Part shown: positions 43,551-57,294 of the stretch, piece after piece | Numbering within the stretch: position 1 is the stretch's first letter | Layout: every line of letters starts with the position of its first letter | Source of the DNA: Chrysomallon squamiferum | Lineage: Eukaryota > Animalia > Mollusca | Assembly: GCA_012295275.1 (NCBI GenBank) | Contig: CM022665.1 | Span: 13,578,001-13,642,000, forward strand | Length of the DNA stretch: 64,000 bases | Reading direction: 5' to 3' | Notes under the pieces: generated by a model | The model's input: only the letters and a program-made list of their open reading frames with translations | What the model was told of the DNA's origin: nothing | The model's database searches: none | Translations under genes and position numbers: made by a program

Positions 43551-46500
43551 GTAAGGAAAATTGTATGTGTATATATATATATATATATATACATTGTATA
43601 AATTTGATGTCATATTTGATGTTGTATTCTGTCTTCAAGAACATGGTACATTTACAAAACTTGAAAAGTTCTGAATATTATCTTTAAGTACTTACAAAAT
43701 CATGCTCAAGAACAAGGCCTTGAAATGAGGGCTCTTGTCATAGTCACTTTTCTGTTCAGCATATGATAAACAGATATTTGGCTTTTGACATTTTAATTTA
43801 TTTGCTTTATCTGTATCTATTGGAATCAGTGGTCACCAACATTTTCTATTTCATATAATTATAATAATTTTGCACATGTCTTCAGAAGAAAAACATCCTT
43901 TTTGCAAAACAGTTAAATTAATTTTTATTCTAAATCAAGGTTTTATAATTGCTTTTGAATAGGTAAGATTAGGTTAAAACAGCAGGCACCCTTAATGTTT
44001 TTGCAGGATGTTGAAATAACTTTTTAAAAATTTTTTATTTAAAAAAATGTTAAATTAATCTTATAAATGTGATGTTTCAACTTCTGAAAATCTAACAAAC
44101 TGGATAGAAATAAAAGCCATGCACTATACACAAATAAATAGTCAACTCTGTATTCTTTTTCAGCTTAACATTTTGTAATAGTAGGTGGATTGCAAAATTT
44201 CAAATGTGTCTCTAAAAATAAATATTAAAATAAATCTTGCCTTATAAGACAAGCCTCTCTAACTCATTTATGAACATCCTCCATTATTTGGAGTGCAAAA
44301 TAATTTATAACACAATTCCAACTTATTGGGTGGCAAACCTCTTACAGCTGCATGTACATATGAATCACATGAATCAGAGCCAAATGTGCTGAGATAAAGT
44401 TTGTACTCAGGCAACAGACAGCATGTAGACATTGATTAATGGATAGATTCATGTACAATATATTGGATATGTTTTGCCAAAGACATGTTTTTGTTTTTCT
44501 AAGGACGGCTTCATGCAGTAGAGTAACAGTTATTCATTGCAGAAAGATAACTTCTGACAGCATTTGTTTTTCATAATGACTTAGCTTGCTTTTTTGTTTC
44601 TTTAAGGAAATGTATTTTTTAAATGTTTTTAATTTTTATTTTTTTAAACCAAAGCCTTCTGTGTCTTGTACTTTGTATATAATTTGAGTGCTGGATTTCA
44701 GTTAGAAATTAAATGAATTTATAATAGAAGGTTTGATACACAGAAATTGATGTTACATAATATTGAATTTAGATTTTGTAAATTGCTGTGAAAATGTCAG
44801 TATTTGCATACCATTAACAAAATAATATACATTGAAATTAATTTTTATTACATATTTGAATTTGATATATTTTCCTACTTCTAAAAATAAAAAATAAATA
44901 ATAGGCAAGCCATAATGTAACACTAATGTAAAATATTGCTACATTATATTTAAATGCAGTTTTAATTTCTAAGTTGTTTGCATTCTTTTACTACCTTTTT
45001 CATATTTTTCGGTCAACATTTTAAATGGAAAATAGTTTGTTATGTACACCAAATATATTTTATGGCTATTAATATTATTTAATTTTTTATTTTTTCTTTC
45101 AGTTTTCATATTCACAGTAAAATTAAGTTAATTAAGTTAGGATTTTAATGTTTTATACATTACTATAAAATCACGTGTTTATTATTTTAAACTGAATATT
45201 TTGCTGTATCTGGTTCAGATTATATATTATGTTCCTGATTTGTGTACAGTGGGTAACCTGCTTATCACTGTTGATGGTTGTTCACTTGCTGCTAGTTAAC
45301 TGTGCTTGAACAATGTGATCTGACCCACAGCTATCACACTGATGCTGTTCTGAATCAACAGTGTATAGAATCGACAACACTGTGTTAACTAGCCACAGAG
45401 AAAGTTTTTCTGGCTGACAGCACGGAGGTAACCAAGTGAATAGCGTTCCTTGTCCAGCTAACGTGATTTGTTTCAAGATAGCCCAGCACTGTTGCTTTCA
45501 GCATAACCATCATTGTTATAGCTAGGAACTAGTAGTAGGCACCATAACAGTATTATTCTATTCACTTTTATTAAACAAATAAATGGAACTTCTGAGTACA
45601 CCAACATTATCATTTTACAGTTATTTTAAAGGAGATTTGTCTTTTTGTTTTGTTCATTGTAATTTATAAGCAATGAATTCAGTATTTTTAAGACTACATG
45701 GATTCTCTCTGAAATCAAACATCAATTTTATTATTGACTATCTGGTGATTGGAATGATTCTGCTACCATCAGCACATCAAGAAGATGTTTGTATCATTCT
45801 AAAATATCTATCAACTTCCACAGGACATTACAGTGATTTAAAAGTTCTTAACTGAATTGGTACATAGAGCTGTGAAAAAGGGGATCACAAAAATTGCTAA
45901 ATATGTTAGTCATGTCTGATGGGAGTCTGTTTCTGGTTTCAGTTGATTGTTCTCTACAGACATATATCTCCATAGCCGAGCAGTGACCAACCCAAGCCAT
46001 TACTGATGCACTTCCCATGACACGACATTAATAAGAATAGTGTTCCTTTTCAGCAGCATTCCACCACTTTGTCTTCACATTGTTTTACAGTTTGCCAGCT
46101 TTCTTCCCTGCTGCTGACAGGCTGAAAAGCCACCATCACTGCAATCCATTAGTCCCACTGCCAGCCCAAACAATATTTTTTGACTTTTTGCTCCCGAACT
46201 ACTAACATAGTCCATGTTAGATTAGCAACTTGGCAGGTTTAGTCCATACACCAATTAGTGGTTTGCTTGTAATCTGACAGGCTTACCTTGAGTTTTTATT
46301 ATTATATGGAAAAGTTTGACAGGCTGCATTTCATAATCTTTTTAAAAGAAGCATGTGTTCATTGTAAATAACTCTTAAAAATCTGTGTTTTCTCCCTCAG
46401 TATTTATACACTCCATATACTATAGAGTTAATTTAACACTAAGAGAAAAATTAATGAAACTTTCTAATAGCAGACATTACCTTGTTTGCTTTATCTCTGT

Positions 46501-49500
46501 TTTTTAAATAAAGCTGGGGGGGCAAGAAAAAAAAACATTAACAAAAGAAAAAAATGCACTTTTGAATTTGAATAGAAAAAATTGGGAAGGGAAAAAAGTG
46601 AAGACCAGCAGTCATGTCTCAGTTTTCAATGTTTAGATCACCCACAACGAAACTCATCACTGAGAAAAGATTTGTTGTAAAGAGATAGTTTTTCAAATAA
46701 ACAGAACTAATTTAAAATCTCTCTGTTCATTGCTTTCACTAATTCATTTACGTAGAAGAGCATTAAAAAATAGCTTTAGATGTTTTACAAGATATGCTTC
46801 TAGTTTGTTACAGCATGTAAATGTTTCTTTGGGATCAAAAAGCACTTTGTAATCCATTTTATCATTCTAGGATAGAGCAATTTAAGAAATAAGCAGTACT
46901 CTTTTTTTCTTTTATTCATTTTCTACTCTTTTTTTTCATTATTTTCTTGCTTATTTTTATCTTTTCTTTTTATATCAACACAAACAATATTTTTTAAACA
47001 TAATGAAATAAATAAAAAATGAAATAGCTCGTGTTGTTTCTCCCAACTTCCCCATAAATCCATAAAGAAAAGTAATATTAAACAGCACTTTTATCTTTGA
47101 TCAGAATTAAACTTGACTGCCTTACATTTAATCAGCTGATTAGTGTTACCCTTAAAATACATGTAATTTGTACTATAGGTGAATAAAAACTATTTTTTGT
47201 AATATTTAGTATTAAATTATTCTTTATTACATTTTTCCTTCTTACAATTTAACAGTTCACTGAATCATAAATAATAATAATAATAAAAACAGTCAGTTTT
47301 AAGATCTCTTATCTTTTAGAGTTCAAGCTAGGCTACAGAAATAGGGAGAAGTTAGATTTTGTGAAGGTGAAATGAGACAATAAGATATCCAAACTGTTGT
47401 CATAAATATAAAATTAAATATCTACATGTGTGCATCATTATTCTCTTTATAATAAAACCATGTTTCTAACCAAATATTTACAGACTCATGCTATAAAAGG
47501 TAAAAATATTTAACAAAAGTTTTATTTCAATTTGCAGTCTGATTCCTTAAGTCTTAGACCCCTACTTGCGTATATTTGTAAATTGTAATCTTTACTGTAC
47601 ATGTAACTATGTTCAGTCATCTATCATATCCATCTCAGTTAATTTGTTTATATGCTTAAAAGAACTGTAGTTAATCACACAAGCAAAACAATAAATTTTT
47701 AGAGCTATTCATATAGGTGACCCTTCCACTTGACCTGTTAGAGATAGACAGCCATCTCTATAGTACTCATTCATAGACTCAAAGTCTGTATCAATTAATG
47801 AATGGCATAAGGAGGTTAGTATTTGTTCTCATTTAAAAATTTCTGCTCAGGCTCACAGTGAAACAAAGAACTATTGACGATCTATACACCATTTTTATTT
47901 TTAATTTTTTTAATTTTTTGCTGAAAGCTGTGAAACTGGAAATTAATTTTAGAATGTTATTTTTGTGATGCATTTGTTCAGTCCTTTATGTTTATAAAAG
48001 TATACATAACTGATATAGAATAGAAATCAAAAGTCTGCTGGCTGATTACAAAATGTGATTGTTGGTTAGATGGAGGCAAAATATGACGGTTCCAACTTCC
48101 AAGCTATATATATATATTTTTCAAAATGGGTTAGGAGAAAAAAAAAAACCAAGAACAACTTTACCTTGGGTTAAAAGTAAGGTGAAGTTTAGTACAACAG
48201 GGCAATTGAATTGCAGATGTCATCCCTCGCATAAACCCTGAGTTTATACTTCTCTGGTCAACATCTGTTTGTGTGAAAGTGCCAGATATTTCTGCCAGTA
48301 AATTTTTGATAGAGTAAATTTATTTACTAATAAACACAATACATACAGTTAATGTCTGAATAATGTATAAAACATGTCCAATCATTTACACATGTAACAC
48401 TAACTCTACAGATGTTGACAAGCACAATGGGTTGTAGGTTTAAAAATGTGCAGTCAGGTTAAAATATGGTCACAAAAATGGTGGTACTGATATAAATGTC
48501 TTAACAATTTATTATGTTGCCTTCCACCTTATTTGTTCTTTATCATTCTAATTTCATTTCCTTTTAACAAAAATTGATATACCTTGTTTCTTTTCTGAGG
48601 ATTATTTTAACTCATTAACTTCCTAACATCTGTATAAAAATAATTGGCACCATGAAGATTATTTAAGCAAATATTACAGAGTCTTAATATATTTCTTTAT
48701 ATTTAATGATTAAACTCATCATTTTGTCTTTATTTTGTATCGAGATTTATGTATTAACATCTGTTGTGCATAGGCAGTCTTAATCTTCAGAATAACTATA
48801 TTGCTATGAAATTTATTATTAGAAAAAAGTATTGTATCTCTATACAATCCTTAATATCTTGTCTTTAGCACATTTGATAAAACTGAGTGTTAAAATTTGA
48901 CTTTTTATGGATTCAGTTTTATTGGATACCCAAGCCATTATGAACAAAGACTTAAGAGCCCAGATATATTTCGTATACTTTCTAAAAAATTGTTGCTGTT
49001 GTTTTTCTCTGTTCTGTTCACATTTGTGCTATTAATAAAGTATGACAATGAATTAAGTCTTATTACAAAGCTGAAAGGATGATATTTTTCTGAGTTCCAT
49101 GCAACTTTGTTCAGAGATGTATGTAAAAATCCCTGATAGATTGAGGATATGGTTACTTTGCAAAGATTATTCAGTCTAATATGTTTGTTTTTTTATTAAA
49201 TTTATATGTATACACATACATACAGACATATATATATACACACATATACATACACATGTATACATTTATTTACATATTCATAGTTATAATGATAGACTAT
49301 TTACTGAGTACCTTCATAGGTATACAATACAATTAATTTTATAGGTAATATTATAAGATATTAATATATATAAAAAAGCAGATACTTGTTCTCCATATTC
49401 AATACTTTAAAATCACTATGTGACTGTAACTTCATGACAGAACCTTGTTTCAGGTAATTGTTTTCGTTTTTTTTTACTGGAATCATTTAAATCTATGCCG

Positions 49501-52500
49501 TTTACTGTTTGATTCACTGTAATTGTTGGATTTACATATTTTGTTTGTGCAGCAAAAGGAATGGAAAAAGATAGTTTATCTTATATTCATGCTGAAGCAC
49601 AAGCATTTAATAAACTAGTAGTCACTGATTTATTAAGAAGCCACTTGTCTATTAAGAAAAAGATTTTAAAATAGGAATATAAGAAGTTTTGTTCTTCTGA
49701 TATTCATTTCATTTATTTTTTTTAATTGATTTTTATATTGTATATTGAAATATCTTTTAAGCAGGACAAAAAAAAAATGTTTTATTTATCATTTTACATT
49801 TTTTATATTTTTGGGGTTTTATAATCTTCATAGTTTTAAATTACTATTATTTCTTTTTTCTTTCTATCTTTCTTTATTTTTTTTTTTTTTTTTTGTTGTT
49901 GTTGAAATTCAGAACTCATTTCTTACTGCAGTTAAATTCTTCAGTTTTCATTCCGATTTCCTGTGCAGTAATTTAACTTGCTGTTGGAACTGTGTAGCAT
50001 CCAAAGAATTATTTTTCCACATTCAAAACCCCAAAATGTTTGTTACTGCACAAGCTTCTGCTGAACAAGTTAATTTGTTTTATTTTTGCCAAACTAAATT
50101 GTCACAAAAAATGTCTGCTGATAAAGAGAAATGAAGTTTTCTCTGATTATTGGCTAATGTTGAGATTTGCTAGCAGCGTGGCGTCTGAAATTTTCGTGTT
50201 CTAGTGAAGCGGAATTATCTGATAAACTGGCATGAAGCAGGATTCCTGCAATTCACTGGGTGTTCTTAACTCAAATCTGTGCCCAACAATTTGATACCTG
50301 GGCATTAGTTAATTTCTTATCACTATTGGGCCTTGTTTATGACAAGAAAAAAAATAATGATGTTGTGTTTCTACAAAATTTTCAAATTGCTGGAAAATAC
50401 ATTACTCAGATTACATACATTTGTATAACATAATGGGGAAAACCAGAGTAGCTAGTAAGGTATTTATGATGTTGTGTAGCAATTAGTGTCTTAAGATATA
50501 GTAAGATACTTTATGAATGTAACCTGAGACCACCAGCTTGACTTTATATCAGTTTAATAGCATTTCACTTTATGCCTTGACAGACATCAGCTCTTTAAAA
50601 CAGACCAGCCAGAATATTTCAGTTTTGTCTGTGTGTAGTGTGTGTCCAAATTTTGACGATTAATGGAATATCCTGATTAAATGGGTAATTATAAAAATTA
50701 TAATATAGAATTATAAGTACACATTTCTCTGAATAATAAAGTGGTTGTTCAAGGTTTTTATAAACAGCTAAAGTACTATCCTTTCTCTTTGCTCACAGGA
50801 TATTAATGTAAGATGTTTGTCTCTGTACAGATATTATTTACCAAGAAAGAGATAATATAAACATTTAAATGGGCTAAAAGTTCTTTGGGTTTTGTATAAT
50901 ATAAAGGTACCTAATCAATAAATTTGTAAATAATGATTATTTTATCCTTAGATCAGAGAATAATTTATTTAGAATAGCTTGATTTTAAATGTAAGATATT
51001 GTTTCAAAATGTATGGCAGTATTTACCCTTTTCTTTAATTATTAGTCATATTAAGGATCTGCTGTTACAGTAAGAGTGGCCTCTGAATGGTGACAGATTT
51101 CCTTTTTCAGAATCACTGTACAAGAAAAATGCATGACTGACAAACAAATAACCATTAATCTTAAAATATGCTGAGGAGTTATTAAATACTGATTGATTAA
51201 TAGGTATGAGTATGCAGTCCCTGAGTGTACCAGCCATAAAACCAGTGTCTTGTTCACTGCACCACTGAAGCTGGTATCTACTCTAGGATATTAGCAAATG
51301 GTGTAATGACAGTAAGAGATCAGGTCAGCTTACCACATTTGGTCCAGAATTAAAACAGTGAAACATTGTGTCATTATACCTTTCAGTAATTTGATGACAG
51401 GTTGTGGCTGATACATTTCCTTTTTTCTTAATTTTGTTTAGAATTTCTCTCTGAAATAATTGCATTCCACTGATTGACTTGTTTCCTGTTAATATTTAAA
51501 TGATATAAATAACAGCTGGCAGATGTCAAAGTGAATTACTCACCATTACAACTGAACTAACAGGAATTACATAGGAGCTTAATTTAATTTATTTCCTTAA
51601 TTTGTGAATGGGCATATATATGTAATAACAAATTATGATCTTTGTCACAGTTATGATTGTTGATTTTAATGTTATTAACGTTTTGTGATTTATAGATTTG
51701 TTTATGAAATTGAGAAAAGTTTCAAAACTGACCACATTGAAGTTCAAATTTTTCTTTTCAAAGCTAGTTTGCTTTCAAGTCTGTTAAATGAATTTTTTTT
51801 TTTTCAAAAGAACAGCTATAAGCTCTAAAGTAATATACTAGTAATGTAGATCTCAAAGGATTCCTCACAGAGTATTGATCCTAGAATCTGATGCATACCT
51901 CAGGCAGGAACTATGCCACTGATCTTTATCCATTTTTCTTTAGAATAAAACTCAGCTACTAAATCCATTTCAGTCTGTAATTTTTGTTGTTGTTTTATTT
52001 TGTTTATCACTTCCATTTTCTCTTTTTTTCTTCTTTTTTGTTTCTTTTTTTTTTTATCTCCTCCTAATCTTTGGAGATCAATAACTGTATAATTTTTAGT
52101 ACAGAACACATCTATTTCAAGAAACAGTTATTTAATTGCCTTCATTTGATGTAACACGATATTGTTCAAAAATATTTTGTATCTCACTGGTTAGACATTC
52201 TATTTCTGTCTAATTAAGCTTATCTCCATGGATTTGGAGTATTTAACTATTTTGCAATTTGAACTACTGTTATCCATTTGTACCAAACCCGTAGTCAGCA
52301 TGACAACAGGGTCTGAATCTTCTACACAAAAAAGTAAATTGAAGATGGTGAATGTTATGTCTCACTTTTGAGATGAATTATCTAGTTTAACTGTTAATGT
52401 TGATATTTTTAATATATTTCAATATATACACTGAAAATTATTTTCAATGTTACTATTAAAATCCAAAAAGTCAGATTTTATTTTGGGTGGGTGGGTGAAT

Positions 52501-55500
52501 GATAATTTTAGGTAAGATCCTTCTATGTATATGTGTGTGTGTGTGTGTATAAAACCCATCTTCAGTCATAATCTATTTCAGAATCAGAATATTTTTCTTA
52601 CATTTTAATTTTTTGTTTTATTTATTTTAGTAAACAAAAAAAATAATGAAATTAAGACTGAATTAATTAATTAAAAATGGTATTTATTCAACTCTAATAG
52701 AAAAATATTTAAAAAACTATTCAGTGGTATCTTGTATTAATAACCAGTCTAGCAGTAAATGACAGTCTCAGCATCTGATATAGTCTACCTGATGCTGCTG
52801 CTGATGAAAACAAATAGTTTGAATCATGATAAACTAACTGCATATATAAGTATATCAGTATCTTAGCTTGGCATAAAAACCCACGATCAAGTAGAACAGA
52901 AGTGTTTGACTGTAGACATCCATTTTATTAAAGATAGGTTTTTTCTTTATCTTTGTTACAACATAAACACACCACATTGATAAATGTAATTTTGAGTTGC
53001 TTTAATGAATGAAATTTAAATTTATCATGCTAACATGATTGAATATTTAACTGAAATAAAGACAAATTTTCCACATTTATTTGATATTTTTTAAATACCT
53101 GTTTGTAATACTGTATTATTTTTTTATTTTTTTATTTTTTGTTTTTAATTTTCAATTTGTTTTTTTAAATGTTTTTATTTTTTATTTTTTAATTGTATAT
53201 TTTGATAGATGTTTTAATTTGTTTTTAATTTTTACTTGTTTGCCATCTAAATATCCTTTAATATTTTAAACTTGAAAATTTGAAAAGGATTTTTCTTTCT
53301 ATATTAATTTTGAGATCTTGTTTACAAAAAACATTATACTTTTTTTTTTCTTTTTTTTTTCTTTTTTAAATTCCTCAGTCACCCCTTCCTGGTTTTGTCT
53401 TCATACCTATTACCAGGGTTACCTTCATTCTTTCCCTTTCATTTTTCATTTTTGTATCTAAAACATTCTCTTCCTCTCTGTCTGTGTCTGTTTCTATCTC
53501 TCATTCTCTAATTCTCACTCCAGGACTTATTTCTTTTTTTAAAGACAGGGGTTCATCTTGAGGGACTGTTTGTCTGATGATCCAGCATTTCTGAATGACA
53601 GCTCAGACATAAGAACCACCAACTATTGTCTGTTTCTACCACATTTGTTTTCTTTAGCCCATACAAAAACAAGATTGCAGAAAAATGAATCATGTTTGGT
53701 CTAAATTAAAAAAAGCTAAGCCTGAAAAGTATCTTTGTTCAGCATCTTCAGAACACTTTGTTCATTGTGAAAAGATGTTTATGATGTCAAAACACAAGCA
53801 AAAGAAAACAGTTTATTCACAAAGAATCTGGTAGTTAGGAATAATTTTTTGCAATTTAATCTGACAGGGTAATAAGCTGAAATTGTGAGATGTCATTTGT
53901 TAGTATGCACTGTATTTGGGGCTCTGTCAGCAAAATGTTTGATGTTAAAATTAATAAGAGGTTGTGGTTACTGGATTATTTTGTACAGTGTCATAAAAGC
54001 AATTCCTGGCAGTGGTATAATAAAACAATTGTGTGTTTTCACTGATGCCACTGGATTATGTGAGCTATCCCAAGATGCAGCATGTCAGTCATTTTGCATC
54101 TCATGTTCTAAAATATGAAATTCCTCCAATAAATTACTCACATTAATAGTTGACCAGTTAAATTTGACTGGTTTCATACTTACAGTGGTTCTGCCTTAGT
54201 TTTATCTGATCACAAGCATAATTGTTTCCCATTCTAACAATGTCCTCTCCATATCAGATTTAGAAAACAGTGCATATTGTTTTTCTATTTAATGGTAGGT
54301 ACCTACAAATGAAAATTTTTAACTGGGCATGTGTGTTTCTTACCACCATTACTCTGTTTGATTTTTGGTTTTTGAAAAATATGGCCGAGTTACACAAGTT
54401 TACTTTCTCCTACATTGGATTGATTTTAAAAAACATAGATGTCATTTCATCTTTGGACATGGTGCTTTGGGATTTAAATTCCTACCACAGCCTTTAACTA
54501 ACTGACCAGTTTATCCACTTGCCAGAGATGATGAATTATGGAGCAAGGTGCCAGCTGCCAAGCAAACAGGCAAAGATCACTGGCACCGGTAGTTTTAGGA
54601 GGCTGGTAATTGTTTACCACTCACTTGAACAACTTGCATCAGATACTCTGAGATAACTGTTTGAAATTGGCCCAGTTTATAAGATAAGACACTGCAGACA
54701 GGACCAGTGAGAATGTGAGGCATAGCAGGACCTGCAGCAGTATCTGGTCTTTTTCCAGATGTAAACTAGCACCAAAATATTGTTACTATGTGTGGTTGGC
54801 CAGACGGTGGCACATCCCATCAAACACTTTAATGCAAACCTGCTGAATGAAGCTTCTGGTACTGTTTCTGATGGAAATTACTGTAAACAAGGAAGCTGAT
54901 TGTAAACTGGATTCTTCAGTTTTAAGCAGTTTTTGAAAACCACCAGCCATGTTTCTGATCTGTTACTTTCCCCTGAATTCTAACAGATGTTGAAATCAGT
55001 CCTCACCATTTGATACATTTTGTTTTGCCACATTGCTATGTTTTAAAGATGCCATTTTGCTTCTAAATATAGTCATAGAAAAAGTAAAAATAACATTCTC
55101 TATGGACACAACTTCAGAATGACATGAGCCACAATGAACAGGTTTTTTTCAACCTACAGTCTGTATTTTGGGTCATTAGATACAGCTAGATTTAATCCAG
55201 ATTTACTTGGGTTTGGTGGATGGGAGAGAAAAGATTAACATTTTAAAATATAAAATTAATAAACAACACTTTTCTGTTTTTAGTCATTTGATATAGATGT
55301 ATTGATTTATTATCTTATCCAAAATTATCTGGAAAAAAGAAAAGGAAAAACAAAATTAAGAAAGAAAACATGTTTAATCATAAAACAAATGCACAGTAGT
55401 TCAGTGTTTAAATTATAAGTGGATTTCAAGACAGCTGAAATTCAACCATCTTGAATAAAGAACATCCCAAATAGATGACTGGATAGTCTTACCAAGATAA

Positions 55501-56989
55501 ATTAAGTTACTCTATTAAATTATTCTTCAAGAATCAATATGAGCATTCTTCTCAGTAGCTACTTGAGTTTGAAGAATTAATTATCATTTTAGAAAGAAAA
55601 AAAAATAAGATTAAATCATCCTCTGGGCAGCAAAATTTTCCAGCAGCACATTTGTTTCTTCTTTTTTTTTTAAATGTTGTGTATGAAGAACTGAAGCGTG
55701 TGAATTAACAGAGAATCAAATAAAAATATTACAGCATCTAAGAATTATTGACAGCTATGTGTTGACAGGCTGTCTTATGGTAACAATTCTTCTAGAATCT
55801 TTGATTAGAATTTTTATACTGCATGAGAAAACAAATCAACATCCTCAGCCATAGAAAACTGTATTGTAAATGTCATAACTCTATAAAAATCCAAATCTAT
55901 TTGTGAAAGCAGTCATATAATTTATGGCTAAATACTTCATGATTGTAATCTTTTGTTTGGTTTTCAGCTGGTGGCATTTGCCATTTGCTACAGCAGCAGA
56001 GATACCCAGTTTCTTGTATTACTGTATACAGAATAATTTATTAGGTTACCAAGTTTCTTAACTAGAGAGATAGCGAAAGTTTTGAATCCAAATTTTATAA
56101 TTATTACAATCTATATAATTTTGTTTCTTAAACCTTCATGTCAAAAACTGATTGTCAGTCAAGTCATTTCATTTAAATTTATATATTAACTACCAATTTT
56201 ATCACTGCATGAATAATTTAGCAAATACATTTTAAATGTTAAATCCATATTTATTATTAATTTAATTAAATATTATATAAAGTATTGTAATTTAAATCAA
56301 GTAACTGTATCCAGTGTTTATGAAGTAATTCTGCCTCCTAGTCCAAATAAAAAGGAAAAGGGGAGAAAAAAGAACAAAATTGTCTTCTCAAGAAAATGTT
56401 AGAATTTTATCTTTGAGCATTATGTCATACATCCTTATTAAATAATGATTTAGTAACAGAACCAGCTTGTTCTTTGCCCATTAGCTTCAAAACTGGTTAG
56501 AACTCTGACTGCAAATACAGATTTAACCATTTGGTACTTCTCTCATTTAACCATTTGATTAAGTAAGACTGATGAAACTGCAGGTTTTGTTTGGAAACAA
56601 ATGAGCTTATACTGGAACAGATGGTGACAGATAGGAGGGAGAGCTCAGCAGGTGTCTTGTCCAGGTGACATCAGATAGCTGATCAACTGACTGACAACAG
56701 ATGTGAAACTAGCTGTATACTGGCAGTAATGTACTTGAGCCAATTTAAGCTGTAGATTTTGCTGTTCAAACAGGATCCAGATGGCACCAAGAACTTTTTT
56801 ATGTTTGTAAATAAACACCTTAAAGTGTATCTTACAGATTTTGTGAACATGTGTAGTTGACAGGTCAAGGATGATAGATTCAGATATGAATATTATTTGG
56901 TGGAAATGTCTTTTGCATAGTGTGATGTGATCTTGCATAGCAGTATGTTATATGTAATATAGACACACCTTTATTTACTTTTATCTCTC

Positions 56990-57294
56990 TCGCTATGTCA
57001 AAAATACAAATAAGAAACAGGATTTTTTTTTTTTTTTTTTTTTATTATTTCAGTCGAATTGCGACCTGCTTGTGACAATGATTCAATCACATGCACGTCT
57101 TGATTTATGTATTTTGTCATTTTGTGTGTGAATAAAAAAGCACCTTCAAAATAAAAGCAATGCAGCTTTAGTCCATGCATGAGATGAAATTAGAAAATAT
57201 GTTTTTTTTTGTAATTCCCAATTAACCTGAACAGCCAGTCGGATTCAACCAAAGGGCCATATGTGGCCCAAGGACCATGAAATGCCCAGGTCTG
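56990..57294. mobile_element. Terminal fragment of a hAT (Charlie-like) DNA transposon
   Basis: Ends in GGGCCATATGTGGCCC...AAATGCCCAGGTCTG, i.e. terminus CAGACCTGGGCA on the minus strand with a GGGCC-rich subterminal palindrome typical of hAT/Charlie ends. CpGs are retained at 56990-57100. The partner TIR was not found, so the left boundary is approximate. Confidence 0.55.

Noticed and set aside
43460-43687. 75-aa ORF MKLKLVQMLLLSVTLAATQ that looks like a secreted peptide
   Set aside because: It is an alternative frame of PTK7 exon 3 running into an intronic (TA)n; the Ig2 frame explains the sequence.
45285-45400. Inverted 10-mer GCTAGTTAAC / GTTAACTAGC as a possible pre-miRNA
   Set aside because: The interior does not pair continuously and I recognise no known miRNA; no small-RNA evidence.
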